Numbered from the stretch's first letter, positions 50,101 to 58,640 are shown. The stretch is 64,000 bases of DNA from an uncultured archaeon (GCA_964347265.1 CAYFXV010000001.1:115876-179875); one strand, 5' to 3'. Notes: generated by a model from the letters alone, not told the origin. A program made the numbers and translations.

Positions 50101-52405
50101 TGTTAGTCCGGATGAAGTATTATTAGGTGCTGGATATTATAACTATACTACAAATACATCACAAACTGCTAATTATTCTGCTAATACTACGGGAGAGGGT
50201 CAAATATTAACCATACAAGCAAATACATCATCTAGTATTGATTTGTTCTTGAATAATTCACAAGCTAATTTTGATATGGATGCTCATACCGCCTTGAATA
50301 CAACAGCAGTTCTTGTTATTCCTCCTTCTAGTAATATAGAAATATGGACAAATTATTCTGATGGAGGATGGAATCTTTGGGATTCATGTTCAGATTGTCC
50401 TTCACTGGAGAATGTAACTGTCTTAACACAATCTGGTATTTGGAATTTCACTGCTAATCTTACAAATGCTAATTATACTTCTGCTTATGAGAGTTGGTAT
50501 GCTAATATGACAGGAGATACAACTTCACCACAATGGAGTCAACAAGGATCCAACGCCACATTAATTGGAGTTGGAGAACCAATCAAACTCTATGCAAATT
50601 GGTCTGATAATATTGATTTAGACTATGCTTGGCTTTCTACAAATGAAAGTGGTGAATGGAAAAATAAATCTGGGGTTTATAATTCGCCTATAGATATAAA
50701 CCTAAGTGTAGGTGAAACATGGTCAAACTTCACTTGGCAAAATACTTCTACTCCAGCAGGAACAGCTGTTAGTTGGAGAATCTATGCTAATGATTCTAAT
50801 AGCAATGAGAATGTTACAAACATTCAAACTTTCACCTTAAATGTTACTGAACTTTGGAATTTTTCAACTAATGGTTCAATATTTTCATCTGCAGCAATAG
50901 CAGATATAAATGATGATACATTCATAGATGTGATAATAGGTTCTGATGATTTCAATGTTTATGCACTGAATGGTACTAATGGTAGTAAATTATGGAATTA
51001 TTCAACTGAAGGTGCAGTTGCATCATCTCCTTCTTTGGCTAATGTTACTGGCGGTGATGATTTAGAAGTTATAGTTGGGTCCTTTGATGATAGTGTTTAT
51101 GTATTAAATGGAACTAATGGGAGTAAGATATGGAACGTTTCGCTTGGAGGGGATGTTTGGTCATCTGCGGCAATTGAAGACATAGATAATGATAATTATT
51201 TAGATATAGTTATAGGCTCTGATAATTGGACTGTCTATGCTTTTAATGGAACAGGAGATTTAATCTGGAGTTTTTCAGCTGAAGATTCTATATGGTCTTC
51301 TCCAGTAATCGCAAATATAACTCAAGATGAGTTTATAGAAGTAATTTTTACATCTTATGATTATAATGTCTATGCCCTTAATGGGAGCAATGGAAGTAAA
51401 TTATGGAACTATTCAGTTTTGGATATGATTGAATCGTCTCCAGCAGTTGGTGATATTAATAATGATAATTTATTAGAAGTTGTTTTTGGGTCTTATGATA
51501 ACAGAACATATGCTATTAATGGAACCAATGGAGAAGAGCTTTGGAATTTCTCAACTAACGAATGGATAATATCTTCTCCTGTAATAGCTAATATCACAGG
51601 AGGTAATTCATTAAAAATTGTTGTTGGGTCTGATGATGGTACTGTTTATGCTCTGAATGGAGATGGTACATCTTTTTGGAATTTTACTGTACCTACTGGA
51701 GGAAGAATTGAATCTTCACCAGCTATTGCTGATATGAATGATGATGGAATTAATGATGTTATTGTAGCTTCTACTGATAATAGAGTATATGCTTTAAATG
51801 GCTCTACTGGCACACAAATATGGAGCTATAATACACGTGGCTATCTCTTTTCATCTCCATCTGTTGAAGACATAAATGGTGATGGACGTTTAGACATTGT
51901 AATTGGTTCATTTAATGAAAAGATTTATTCTCTTGATCCTCCAAGTGGTTGGAATATGTTTGGTGGTAATCAAAAACGCACAAGAGTTGTGGATAGGTCT
52001 CCACCAATTAACTTAAAATATGGAGTATATCTAATCAATGGTTCTGCAATAATTTATTCCTATTGGAGAGATTTGTATAGTAACTTGGCTTTTGGAATAA
52101 TAGAAGAAAACTCAAATGGAATGTTTACTGATCACAATATTAATATTTTTGGAACAACTAGTTGGATTAATTATACTATTGACAATTGTTTAAGTTCTCC
52201 TGAAAAAAACATGCGTAATTGTATAAAACAATGTACAGAAACGTGGAAAACATGTGAAGAAACAAAAGATGAATGTCATGAAGAGATGAAACACTGTAAA
52301 AACAATTGTAGAAATTCTGAAAAAATAGTCGAATATAAAATTCATGCTTTTGACACATTCAACAATGAAGGTATCGTAGAAGATGTGTTTATATGTGGTG
52401 GATGA
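47132..52405 (+). CDS. Large (1757 aa) N-terminally anchored surface protein: sequon-rich repeats, an 8-bladed PQQ-like/FG-GAP-like beta-propeller region (~50850–51990) and a Cys-rich C-terminal tail
   Basis: N-terminus MAKSLTKMSLTLFSLFLLIIGLYITQIVLA. Eight repeats of SSPAIADI.DD...DVIVGS.D..VYALNGTNGSKLWN. C-terminus CLSSPEKNMRNCIKQCTETWKTCEETKDECHEEMKHCKNNC. Confidence 0.8.
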   Translation: MEYMAKSLTKMSLTLFSLFLLIIGLYITQIVLADPDETTITLTTAASNTYNGGDANGGLTGDINCEYTIDTITAPTGTIDQINCSVYINSFNNKKTPNNTIKCLECSDVSCTGYNQIGTTQTPAETGWINFPNEVPSYCDTSGETCYFAVEVCELGHALDDIALSDAWAGFNFTPPDDSTPPNWFDNTTSVVNGSQYSPGKNYQFNVTWNDSQTDVNTVLIEHNFTGGAVPHNDSVSNESDIYYFYLSDLPAGTYAWREHANNTDDYWNVTNDGVYWEYVVDQNQSNSVDMYINNGTVYKNENVTIDYSTQTNTNGTAVYSNSGTVNLYRNESPVSNPDIVTLGASTYVYKANITGNNNYTDNSTGATYYLFVKKADPTANLKLALNGTESDWTYTYPETVNATGWCDLTDNQDLSFTLYRNYVSTGQTGDPSTEEILLGNATYVYEYNTTGGSNYSSGTITRTAYVNKGTVSPSLSINTTWTEMYPTATSVSCSVTSVNNEVNCNLYRNDTGSVVSPDEVLLGVGGYNYSTNTSETANYSANTTGTFNVLGINLGTPNVKTFIDTLPLNKTINYSTSVTIEGNSTTTTTPPTFDLFVFNVTPSSPAVSLSNTSNNPATLILTLGNGTYQIIYNTSGNANWSSTQNNTLYLMVNKGSANLVLSSNVTWSTIYPNASNVTGSGCPTNGASDFTCNLYRNTSVTNPVGSGEPMTNETILLGAGSHEYVWNMSISNPANWTFNTTNDILVISPNSSTQNYMNLTLGTGATGTEDNKTYSYPTTTNATGWFDANAFVGSAPTFNLYRNDTPIVDGNPVSNVIELGADYYQYVYNTSGNTNYSSASKTFFLNITKADPTANLKLALNGTESDWTYTYPETVNATGWCDLTDNQDLSFTLYRNYVSTGQTGDPSTEEILLGNATYVYEYNTTGGSNYSSGTITRTAYVNKGTVSPSLSINTTWTEMYPTATSVSCSVTSVNNEVNCNLYRNDTGSVVSPDEVLLGAGYYNYTTNTSQTANYSANTTGEGQILTIQANTSSSIDLFLNNSQANFDMDAHTALNTTAVLVIPPSSNIEIWTNYSDGGWNLWDSCSDCPSLENVTVLTQSGIWNFTANLTNANYTSAYESWYANMTGDTTSPQWSQQGSNATLIGVGEPIKLYANWSDNIDLDYAWLSTNESGEWKNKSGVYNSPIDINLSVGETWSNFTWQNTSTPAGTAVSWRIYANDSNSNENVTNIQTFTLNVTELWNFSTNGSIFSSAAIADINDDTFIDVIIGSDDFNVYALNGTNGSKLWNYSTEGAVASSPSLANVTGGDDLEVIVGSFDDSVYVLNGTNGSKIWNVSLGGDVWSSAAIEDIDNDNYLDIVIGSDNWTVYAFNGTGDLIWSFSAEDSIWSSPVIANITQDEFIEVIFTSYDYNVYALNGSNGSKLWNYSVLDMIESSPAVGDINNDNLLEVVFGSYDNRTYAINGTNGEELWNFSTNEWIISSPVIANITGGNSLKIVVGSDDGTVYALNGDGTSFWNFTVPTGGRIESSPAIADMNDDGINDVIVASTDNRVYALNGSTGTQIWSYNTRGYLFSSPSVEDINGDGRLDIVIGSFNEKIYSLDPPSGWNMFGGNQKRTRVVDRSPPINLKYGVYLINGSAIIYSYWRDLYSNLAFGIIEENSNGMFTDHNINIFGTTSWINYTIDNCLSSPEKNMRNCIKQCTETWKTCEETKDECHEEMKHCKNNCRNSEKIVEYKIHAFDTFNNEGIVEDVFICGG
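48254..48699 (+). repeat. Exact ~446-bp intragenic repeat, copy 1 (copy 2 at 49679–50124, offset 1425 bp)
   Basis: ADPTANLKLALNGTESDWTYTYPETVNATGWCDLTDNQDLSFTLYRNY...NCNLYRNDTGSVVSPDEVLLG is identical at both sites. ggctgaccc appears at 48256 and 49681. Confidence 0.8.
49679..50124 (+). repeat. Exact ~446-bp intragenic repeat, copy 2
   Basis: See copy 1. Confidence 0.8.
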
Positions 52406-52937
52406 GATGAATAAAAATAAATTAATGTTATTGTTCGTATTGTCAGTATGCTTTATTGTTTTAATGTTTTTTGTAATGCCCGCATCATCTAATGTAATAC
52501 ATTTAACACCTATTGAAGCAAAAGATTCTGATGGCAATCCATCATCTGATATAATCCAAAGAATAATTTTAGAAAATGATTTTGAAGATGTTATTTTAAA
52601 GGTAAGACCGTTTGGCTACATTACAGTAAAAGAATGGGATAATGGAATGTCTGACATATCAAAGATAGAAAAAGCTATCATAAATGTTAAGTGGAAAACT
52701 GATGTGAATAAAGGAGCTGGTAATATCTACATAGGATATTCAACAGATGAAGGTAAATCTTTTGTGGAAAAAGGGCCTTTCAATGAAAGTGAGATTATAC
52801 AAAATAGCGTGATTGAACTCCCAAAACCTTTTACATATGATTTAAAGAAAGTTCAGGTTAGATGGAGAGGAGAAGATCTTGATTACAGATTAGCTGCTAG
52901 GGGATATGTTAATTTCACAATGGATGTTTATGTTTGA
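52383..52937 (+). CDS. Small secreted/anchored protein with one copy of the GKGAGNIY(I/V)GY...VR.RGEDLD domain shared with the next gene
   Basis: 184 aa. Hydrophobic N-terminus LMLLFVLSVCFIVLMFFVMPASS. KGAGNIYIGYSTDEG...VRWRGEDLDYRLAARGYVNF parallels the duplicated domain of the downstream gene. Confidence 0.55.
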   Translation: MCLYVVDEMNKNKLMLLFVLSVCFIVLMFFVMPASSNVIHLTPIEAKDSDGNPSSDIIQRIILENDFEDVILKVRPFGYITVKEWDNGMSDISKIEKAIINVKWKTDVNKGAGNIYIGYSTDEGKSFVEKGPFNESEIIQNSVIELPKPFTYDLKKVQVRWRGEDLDYRLAARGYVNFTMDVYV

Positions 52938-52947
52938 GGATGAAAAT

Positions 52948-55056
52948 ATGATGACTGTTAATAAAATAAAAAATAATTTTGTGTATTCATTCTTATTGAT
53001 TTTATTAATTTGGTTTTTATTTTTTGTTATTTTTGTAATTGCAACACAGCCTAGCATAAACAGAGTACCGACTGCATGTGTAGATTCAGATGGTGATTGT
53101 GATGTTGAGAACATTAATCTAAGTGATAATATCTATGAGAGTGTTAACTTGAAGACATCTCCCTTTGGTTGGATTAATGCAACTGATTGGGATCAAGATG
53201 TGCCTGCTGGAAATACAATAGATAATGCGACATTGTATGTTGAATGGTACACTGATACTGGTAAAGGTGCTGGTAATATCTATGTAGGATATTATAACAG
53301 TACTGATTGGGTTAATTGTACAAGTCCTTTGAGTGAAAGTGGAGGTGAAGTAGATACAACATGTGATGTTTCTAGTCTGTCTCTTTCACAGTTGAATAAT
53401 ATAAAAGTTAGATTTAGGGGTGAGGATTTAGATCAACGTAACCCTGCTTATGCTTATGTTGATTATATTTACATTGAGGTTAATTATTCTGCTCCACCTT
53501 TGTGGGCAAATCAAACAACAAATGACACAAATAATGTTATACTTTCCAAAAAAGCCATAAATTTATCAGCACAAGGATATGATGATGTAGGTTTAGACTA
53601 TGCTTGGCTTTCTACAAATGAAAGTGGTGAATGGAAAAATTATACTGATGGAACTTATGGATCACCAATGTATTTGAATGGTGTATCGGAAACTTGGACT
53701 TGGAGTAATTTCACTTGGAAGAATGATTCATTTTCTTATGGACTGGTTGGATGGAAAATTTATTACAACGATACATGGGGAAAAGAAAATGTTACAGATA
53801 ATTCTACATTTTTTGTTCAATTAGGAAGAATACCGACTGGATGTGTAGATTCAGATGGTGATTGTGATGTTGAGAACATTAATCTAAGTGATAATATCTA
53901 TGAGAGTGTTAACTTGAAGACATCTCCCTTTGGTTGGATTAATGCAACTGATTGGGATCAAGATGTGCCTGCTGGAAATACAATAGATAATGCGACATTG
54001 TATGTTGAATGGTACACTGATACTGGTAAAGGTGCTGGTAATATCTATGTAGGATATTATAACAGTACTGATTGGGTTAATTGTACAAGTCCTTTGAGTG
54101 AAAGTGGAGGTGAAGTAGATACAACATGTGATGTTTCTAGTCTGTCTCTTTCACAGTTGAATAATATAAAAGTTAGATTTAGGGGTGAGGATTTAGATCA
54201 ACGTAACCCTGCTTATGCTTATGTTGATTATATTTACATTGAGGTTAATTATTCTATGGCTGGCATGGGTTATTTAGAAGTTAATCTTTCATTGCCACCT
54301 GATCCATACAATGTTATTCAAAATAATACTTTTACTATTAATGCAACTGTTTATTGTAGAAGTGGGAATTGTCAAAATGTTAATGGAACTGCTAGATATA
54401 ATCTCTCATCTGCAACGCCAGACACTCCGATGAATGTTACACCAGGAGAAGAACCATTTTACGTGAATGAAACTCCTGCTCTAGCAATGAAGTCTTGCCC
54501 AACAAACCCATTAAATGTTGATGATTTTTGCAATTTAACTTGGACCATTAATGCAACAGGTAATATTAACACTTATTGGGAAATCGATGTCTTATTTAAT
54601 TCATCTGATGGTGGTATTACAGACAATCATACAGATGATACAACAATATCAATACTTGATTGCACTGTGGATATTACTGCACAATGGTCTTCTATAAAAT
54701 TTGGTTTATTGTATCCGAGTACAGGACCACATGCAGCTCCTGACAATTCAAATGATAAATATAACATAACTGTTAATCCGGGAAGTTGTAATCTAGATCT
54801 TTACATAAATGGAACAGATTTAACAAACATAACTTACAATTCTCAAATCGGTGTTGATAATGTAACATGGAGTAACACAAGTGAAGTAGCTGGTGAATTT
54901 AATCTATCATCCACAGTTGATGTTATTAAGTTAGATGTTCCTCAAAATACAAATGTTACAACTTGGTATTGGATAAATGTTCCAGCTGTTTATGCCGGCT
55001 ACTATAATGGAACAATTTATATATATGGTGTTGAAAATGGTGAAAATCCTCCTTAA
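52948..55056 (+). CDS. Secreted/anchored protein (~703 aa) with two near-identical ~141-aa domains and a sequon-rich C-terminal region
   Basis: Likely start is the ATG at 52948 (MMTVNKIKNNFVYSFLLILLIWFLFFVIFVIA), just after the upstream stop at 52937; the ORF track extends to 52906. PT(A/G)CVDSDGDCDVENINLSD...VRFRGEDLDQRNPAYAYVDYIYIEVNYS occurs twice. Confidence 0.7.
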   Translation: MMTVNKIKNNFVYSFLLILLIWFLFFVIFVIATQPSINRVPTACVDSDGDCDVENINLSDNIYESVNLKTSPFGWINATDWDQDVPAGNTIDNATLYVEWYTDTGKGAGNIYVGYYNSTDWVNCTSPLSESGGEVDTTCDVSSLSLSQLNNIKVRFRGEDLDQRNPAYAYVDYIYIEVNYSAPPLWANQTTNDTNNVILSKKAINLSAQGYDDVGLDYAWLSTNESGEWKNYTDGTYGSPMYLNGVSETWTWSNFTWKNDSFSYGLVGWKIYYNDTWGKENVTDNSTFFVQLGRIPTGCVDSDGDCDVENINLSDNIYESVNLKTSPFGWINATDWDQDVPAGNTIDNATLYVEWYTDTGKGAGNIYVGYYNSTDWVNCTSPLSESGGEVDTTCDVSSLSLSQLNNIKVRFRGEDLDQRNPAYAYVDYIYIEVNYSMAGMGYLEVNLSLPPDPYNVIQNNTFTINATVYCRSGNCQNVNGTARYNLSSATPDTPMNVTPGEEPFYVNETPALAMKSCPTNPLNVDDFCNLTWTINATGNINTYWEIDVLFNSSDGGITDNHTDDTTISILDCTVDITAQWSSIKFGLLYPSTGPHAAPDNSNDKYNITVNPGSCNLDLYINGTDLTNITYNSQIGVDNVTWSNTSEVAGEFNLSSTVDVIKLDVPQNTNVTTWYWINVPAVYAGYYNGTIYIYGVENGENPP
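53068..54255 (+). repeat. Near-perfect 423-bp intragenic duplication (53068–53490 = 53833–54255, 765-bp offset; a single gca/gga difference noted)
   Basis: Direct base comparison. Confidence 0.8.
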
Positions 55057-55690
55057 AATATTGATTATTATTTTATTTTCCATTTTGCTATCGTCAGAAG
55101 TACATGCAATAAATCTTGGAAGCGTTGCAAAAAATAAATTTGCCGAGATATCAAATGATGAATCAGTAAAATTCAAAATGCTTTTTTGGAACGTTGAAAA
55201 CGAATCTTATACTATGAAATTATCAGTAAAAGAGGCTCCAAAAGATTGGGTAATAATAATTGATCCTAACGAGTTTATTTTAAATAAGTCAATTGGTGAA
55301 GAATATATTAAATTACCACATATAAAAGAAAACATAAAAGCAAAAGTTGTTAATCTTTTTGTTAAAGCTGATAGCAATAGCAAACCTGGTAAATATTTTG
55401 TTATGATTGAAGCAGAAATTAAAATATTTAAAAATGAAACGACCGATATAACAATCGTTCCTAGAAAATTATTCAAATTTGAAATTGAATTAATGGATTT
55501 TGATACTAACTTGAATAATGTAATTAAAAATAAGGAAACCATGATAGAATTTTCTGGTAATAGTTTTGATCATAATGATGAAATTCTAATAAGTAATGGA
55601 AAAAATGGAAAGCAAATAGATAGAAAATATTTTTATTCTATTGTTATATTTCTAATTGTCCTAATTTCAATAATAATATATAAAAAATGA
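55037..55690 (+). CDS. Type-I membrane protein (signal peptide + C-terminal TM), hypothetical
   Basis: The ATG at 55037 gives MVKILLKILIIILFSILLSSEVHA and overlaps the upstream stop. The ORF-track start 54977 lies inside the upstream gene. C-terminal TM SIVIFLIVLISIIIY followed by KK. Confidence 0.6.
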   Translation: MVKILLKILIIILFSILLSSEVHAINLGSVAKNKFAEISNDESVKFKMLFWNVENESYTMKLSVKEAPKDWVIIIDPNEFILNKSIGEEYIKLPHIKENIKAKVVNLFVKADSNSKPGKYFVMIEAEIKIFKNETTDITIVPRKLFKFEIELMDFDTNLNNVIKNKETMIEFSGNSFDHNDEILISNGKNGKQIDRKYFYSIVIFLIVLISIIIYKK

Positions 55691-56970
55691 TAACTATGTT
55701 CAAAATTAGTATAACAAATAAAATCTTTTTAATTAGTATTTTTTCGATAATAGTTGCATTTTTAATGTTTTATTATAATCTGAGTGGAATTACTGGTTTT
55801 GTTGGGGCTGATGTAGCCATAAAATCAAAAACAGATGGAAATATATTTTTAAATTATAATTATAGTGTTAATTTAACATCAATTCAAAATATAACAGTAG
55901 AATTTATTAATACGGGAAGTACAAATTACACTGCAAGAATAGAAATAGCACTATATTTTTATAACAATACTACTGGTAACTTAGATGAATTAGCAACTTA
56001 TTATGACGCTTCTGTTTTTCTATTTCCTGGAGAAAGAAAAAATTTTAAAATATCTTTTCTGCCAAACAGAGTAGGGATTTATTATATTAAAGCAAGAGTT
56101 ATCTATGGTGCTAAAGTAGGAGAGCAATGGGGTAGTTTTTTTGTCTATTATCGATATACACAAATACCAGAAATAATTCATGTAGCAACATATCCTGGAG
56201 GTGGGACAATACCTAGGAAAGGAGAAGGAGGAATCACTAATTTAGATTTGGAATATAGAGATAAGGTCGAATTGTATCCTGGACAAGAGATTTTGTTAAG
56301 TGTAACTGTAAATAACACTGGGACAATTAATTTACACAACATGAAATTTTATTCTTCGACAACAGAATATATAGACTTTGAAGTGAATCCAAAAGAAATT
56401 TATGAATTGGGACTCGGTGAGCATAGCATATTCTTAATTTCTTTAAAACTATCAGAAGATATCCCACCAGGAGAGTATGACTTCTTTTTTGAAGTATTGT
56501 GTCTAGAAATAAAAAGGACAGGAAATATAAAATTAAACATAACGCCTTTTGCTAAACCTCCATTAAAAGATGAAATTTATGATACAATATTAAATTATGA
56601 ATATCTTATCACAGAACTAGACTATGAAATATATCTAACATCTTCAAAAGGATTTAATACTTCAAGAGCTGAAAGGTATTTAGATAATGCCAAAAGAAAT
56701 TTACAAAGAGCGAGAGAGCGTTTTGATGAAGAAGATTATGAAGATGCGAGAGATGTTTTAGATAGAGTTAAAAGAGATTTAGAAAACGTTGTTTTTGAAC
56801 TAGCTGCTATTTCATTTAGAGTTTATGTTTATCCAGCCTACAGTCCTTTTTTAATATCGATATTATTATTAATGGTTTTAATTAGTATAATAATCGCTAT
56901 TTATTTGTATAAGAAAAGAAAGAAGAAAAAACCAAAGTTAATAAAAGAATTTACTGAAGAGGAGACATAA
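55687..56970 (+). CDS. Membrane-anchored hypothetical surface protein (N- and C-terminal TM; charged helical juxtamembrane region)
   Basis: 427 aa. ATGA overlap with the upstream gene. N-terminus ISITNKIFLISIFSIIVAFLMF. C-terminal TM SPFLISILLLMVLISIIIAIYLY followed by KKRKKKK. Confidence 0.6.
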   Translation: MITMFKISITNKIFLISIFSIIVAFLMFYYNLSGITGFVGADVAIKSKTDGNIFLNYNYSVNLTSIQNITVEFINTGSTNYTARIEIALYFYNNTTGNLDELATYYDASVFLFPGERKNFKISFLPNRVGIYYIKARVIYGAKVGEQWGSFFVYYRYTQIPEIIHVATYPGGGTIPRKGEGGITNLDLEYRDKVELYPGQEILLSVTVNNTGTINLHNMKFYSSTTEYIDFEVNPKEIYELGLGEHSIFLISLKLSEDIPPGEYDFFFEVLCLEIKRTGNIKLNITPFAKPPLKDEIYDTILNYEYLITELDYEIYLTSSKGFNTSRAERYLDNAKRNLQRARERFDEEDYEDARDVLDRVKRDLENVVFELAAISFRVYVYPAYSPFLISILLLMVLISIIIAIYLYKKRKKKKPKLIKEFTEEET

Positions 56971-57000
56971 GTTTAAAAATATTATAAATGGGATATAATT

Positions 57001-57288
57001 ATGGGATTATTTGGTCCTTATATATACACAAACAAAAAAGGTAAGAAATTTTGGCTTCACATGAGAAAAAAAGGGAAATCTACTATATACTTTTTTTCAA
57101 AAGATCCTAGAGGAGCTATTAATAGCTTGCCAAGAGGTTTTACAGTTGTGGAAAACCCAAAAACAGGACTACCCTTCGTAAAAAGAAAAACAGGTGGACT
57201 ATTGGGTGGTCTATTTAAAAAGGTTACTGAGAAAAAATTAACAGAAGAAAAGACTACAGAAACATCACAAAAAACTGAAGGTGAATAA
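57001..57288 (+). CDS. Small basic hypothetical protein (95 aa) immediately preceding MinD paralog 2
   Basis: K/R-rich with no TM. Its stop abuts the MinD start (TAAATGG). Confidence 0.45.
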   Translation: MGLFGPYIYTNKKGKKFWLHMRKKGKSTIYFFSKDPRGAINSLPRGFTVVENPKTGLPFVKRKTGGLLGGLFKKVTEKKLTEEKTTETSQKTEGE

Positions 57289-58053
57289 ATGGTAAGAATA
57301 ATAGGAATTGTATCAGGAAAGGGCGGTGTTGGAAAAACTACTGTAGGTCTAAACCTTGGAGCAGCTTTAGCTCATCACTTTAAAAAGAATGTTACTATTG
57401 TTGACTGTAATGTTACAACATCACATTTAGGACTTTATTTAGGAATGTATTACTGTCCTATTACATTAAATAAGGTTTTAAGAGGAGAATATACTGTTGA
57501 AGAAGCTGTTCAACAACACCACACAGGATTAAAAGTAATACCAGCCTCTCTATCTTTAACAGATTTAGAAGGAATAGATATAACAGAAATAAGAAACAGT
57601 TTAAAATCAATCTTTGATAAAAATGATATCATATTATTAGATGCAAGTCCTGGTTTAGGAAGGGAAGCAGTAGCAACATTAAGAGCAAGCGATGAGGTAT
57701 TGTACATTACAAATCCTTATATTCCTTTTGCGATGGATATTGTAAGAAATCAAGAAATTGTTAATGAGATTGGAGTAAAACCTATAGGAATTGCTCTTAA
57801 CATGGTTCATGACAAAAAATATGAAATGAATAAAAAAGAAATAGAAGAATTAACAAGATTACCTGTTATAGCTAAAATACCTTTTGACAGAAATATTCAT
57901 AAGAGTCTTGCTTTAAAAACTCCAGTCGTAACTTATAAGCCTTATACTGCTGCAAGTAAAGAAATCATAAATCTTGCTTCTAATTTAATTGGAGAAACTT
58001 ATAATTTTGAGGGTGCACTACAAAGATTTTTAAGAAAATTAAGATTAAGATAA
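57289..58053 (+). CDS. minD: MinD/ParA-family ATPase, paralog 2
   Basis: MVRIIGIVSGKGGVGKTTVGLNLG has the deviant Walker A. DCNVTTSHLGLYLG and ILLDASPGLG. Colinear with paralog 1 at roughly 35–40% identity by eye. Confidence 0.8.
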   Translation: MVRIIGIVSGKGGVGKTTVGLNLGAALAHHFKKNVTIVDCNVTTSHLGLYLGMYYCPITLNKVLRGEYTVEEAVQQHHTGLKVIPASLSLTDLEGIDITEIRNSLKSIFDKNDIILLDASPGLGREAVATLRASDEVLYITNPYIPFAMDIVRNQEIVNEIGVKPIGIALNMVHDKKYEMNKKEIEELTRLPVIAKIPFDRNIHKSLALKTPVVTYKPYTAASKEIINLASNLIGETYNFEGALQRFLRKLRLR

Positions 58054-58084
58054 GCTTAAATTTTTTCATTTAAACAATATTCTC

Positions 58085-58573
58085 ATGTATAAAAAAGTTT
58101 TTTGGTTCTTGCTTGTATGGACAGTGTTCTCTTTAATATTACAAATGTTTGGTTATGAAATTTTAGATTCCATTATAATTGTTCTCATAATTGATTTAAT
58201 AGCACTAGGAGTAATTGTAGAAATTGGTAGGAAAAAACCATTAAAAGAAATTAATGAAAAAATTGCATCAAAAATTGAAAACATAGAAAATGTTTGCCAA
58301 AGCATACTTAAAAGTTCTGATGAAAATCCAATAATGGAAAAAATAGAAGGAAGAATAAATAAACAAAAAGAAGATGTAAATTATCTTTTAGATAAAATGT
58401 CTAGAAAAGCTCTAGAATTAGAAGAGAAAATAAATAAGTTCGGATTAAATTTAGCTGAACATGTAGAAGATTTTACTGATAGGCTAGAAAAACTTGAAAA
58501 TCCTGAAGAAACAGAAGAAACAGAAAGTTTTCCTATTGGAGAAACCGTATACATAGAAGAAGAAAAAACTTAA
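58085..58573 (+). CDS. N-terminally membrane-anchored coiled-coil hypothetical protein
   Basis: 162 aa. Two hydrophobic segments, then an E/K-rich helical region. Confidence 0.45.
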   Translation: MYKKVFWFLLVWTVFSLILQMFGYEILDSIIIVLIIDLIALGVIVEIGRKKPLKEINEKIASKIENIENVCQSILKSSDENPIMEKIEGRINKQKEDVNYLLDKMSRKALELEEKINKFGLNLAEHVEDFTDRLEKLENPEETEETESFPIGETVYIEEEKT

Positions 58574-58598
58574 ATATATATTAAAATAATTAATCTAC

Positions 58599-58612
58599 AC
58601 TGCTTAAGCAGT
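58599..58612. promoter_or_regulatory. Perfect 14-bp palindrome ACTGCTTAAGCAGT, 29 nt upstream of the L1 ATG
   Basis: Read directly. Possible hairpin (terminator or attenuator for the upstream gene, or an L1 translational feedback element) or a protein-binding site. Confidence 0.25.
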
Positions 58613-58640
58613 AGCATTGTGCGTTGACGAGTTGTTGAAA

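Noticed and set aside
54977-55036. ORF-track start 54977 (MFQLFMPATIMEQ…) for the 237-aa protein
   Set aside because: It lies within the upstream CDS. The ATG at 55037 gives a classic signal peptide (MVKILLKILIIILFSILLSSEVHA) and overlaps the upstream stop.
57001-57288. Homology between the 95-aa basic protein and the cytoplasmic tail of the 797-aa protein (both precede MinD paralogs)
   Set aside because: Only a shared lysine-rich composition and a vague C-terminal resemblance (KIKGGE vs KTEGE), with no convincing alignment by eye. Left as an untested idea.
58617-58640. TTG at 58617 as the L1 start
   Set aside because: The ATG at 58641 (MVNEKII…) gives a typical L1 N-terminus, and the palindrome at 58599–58612 would overlap an earlier start.
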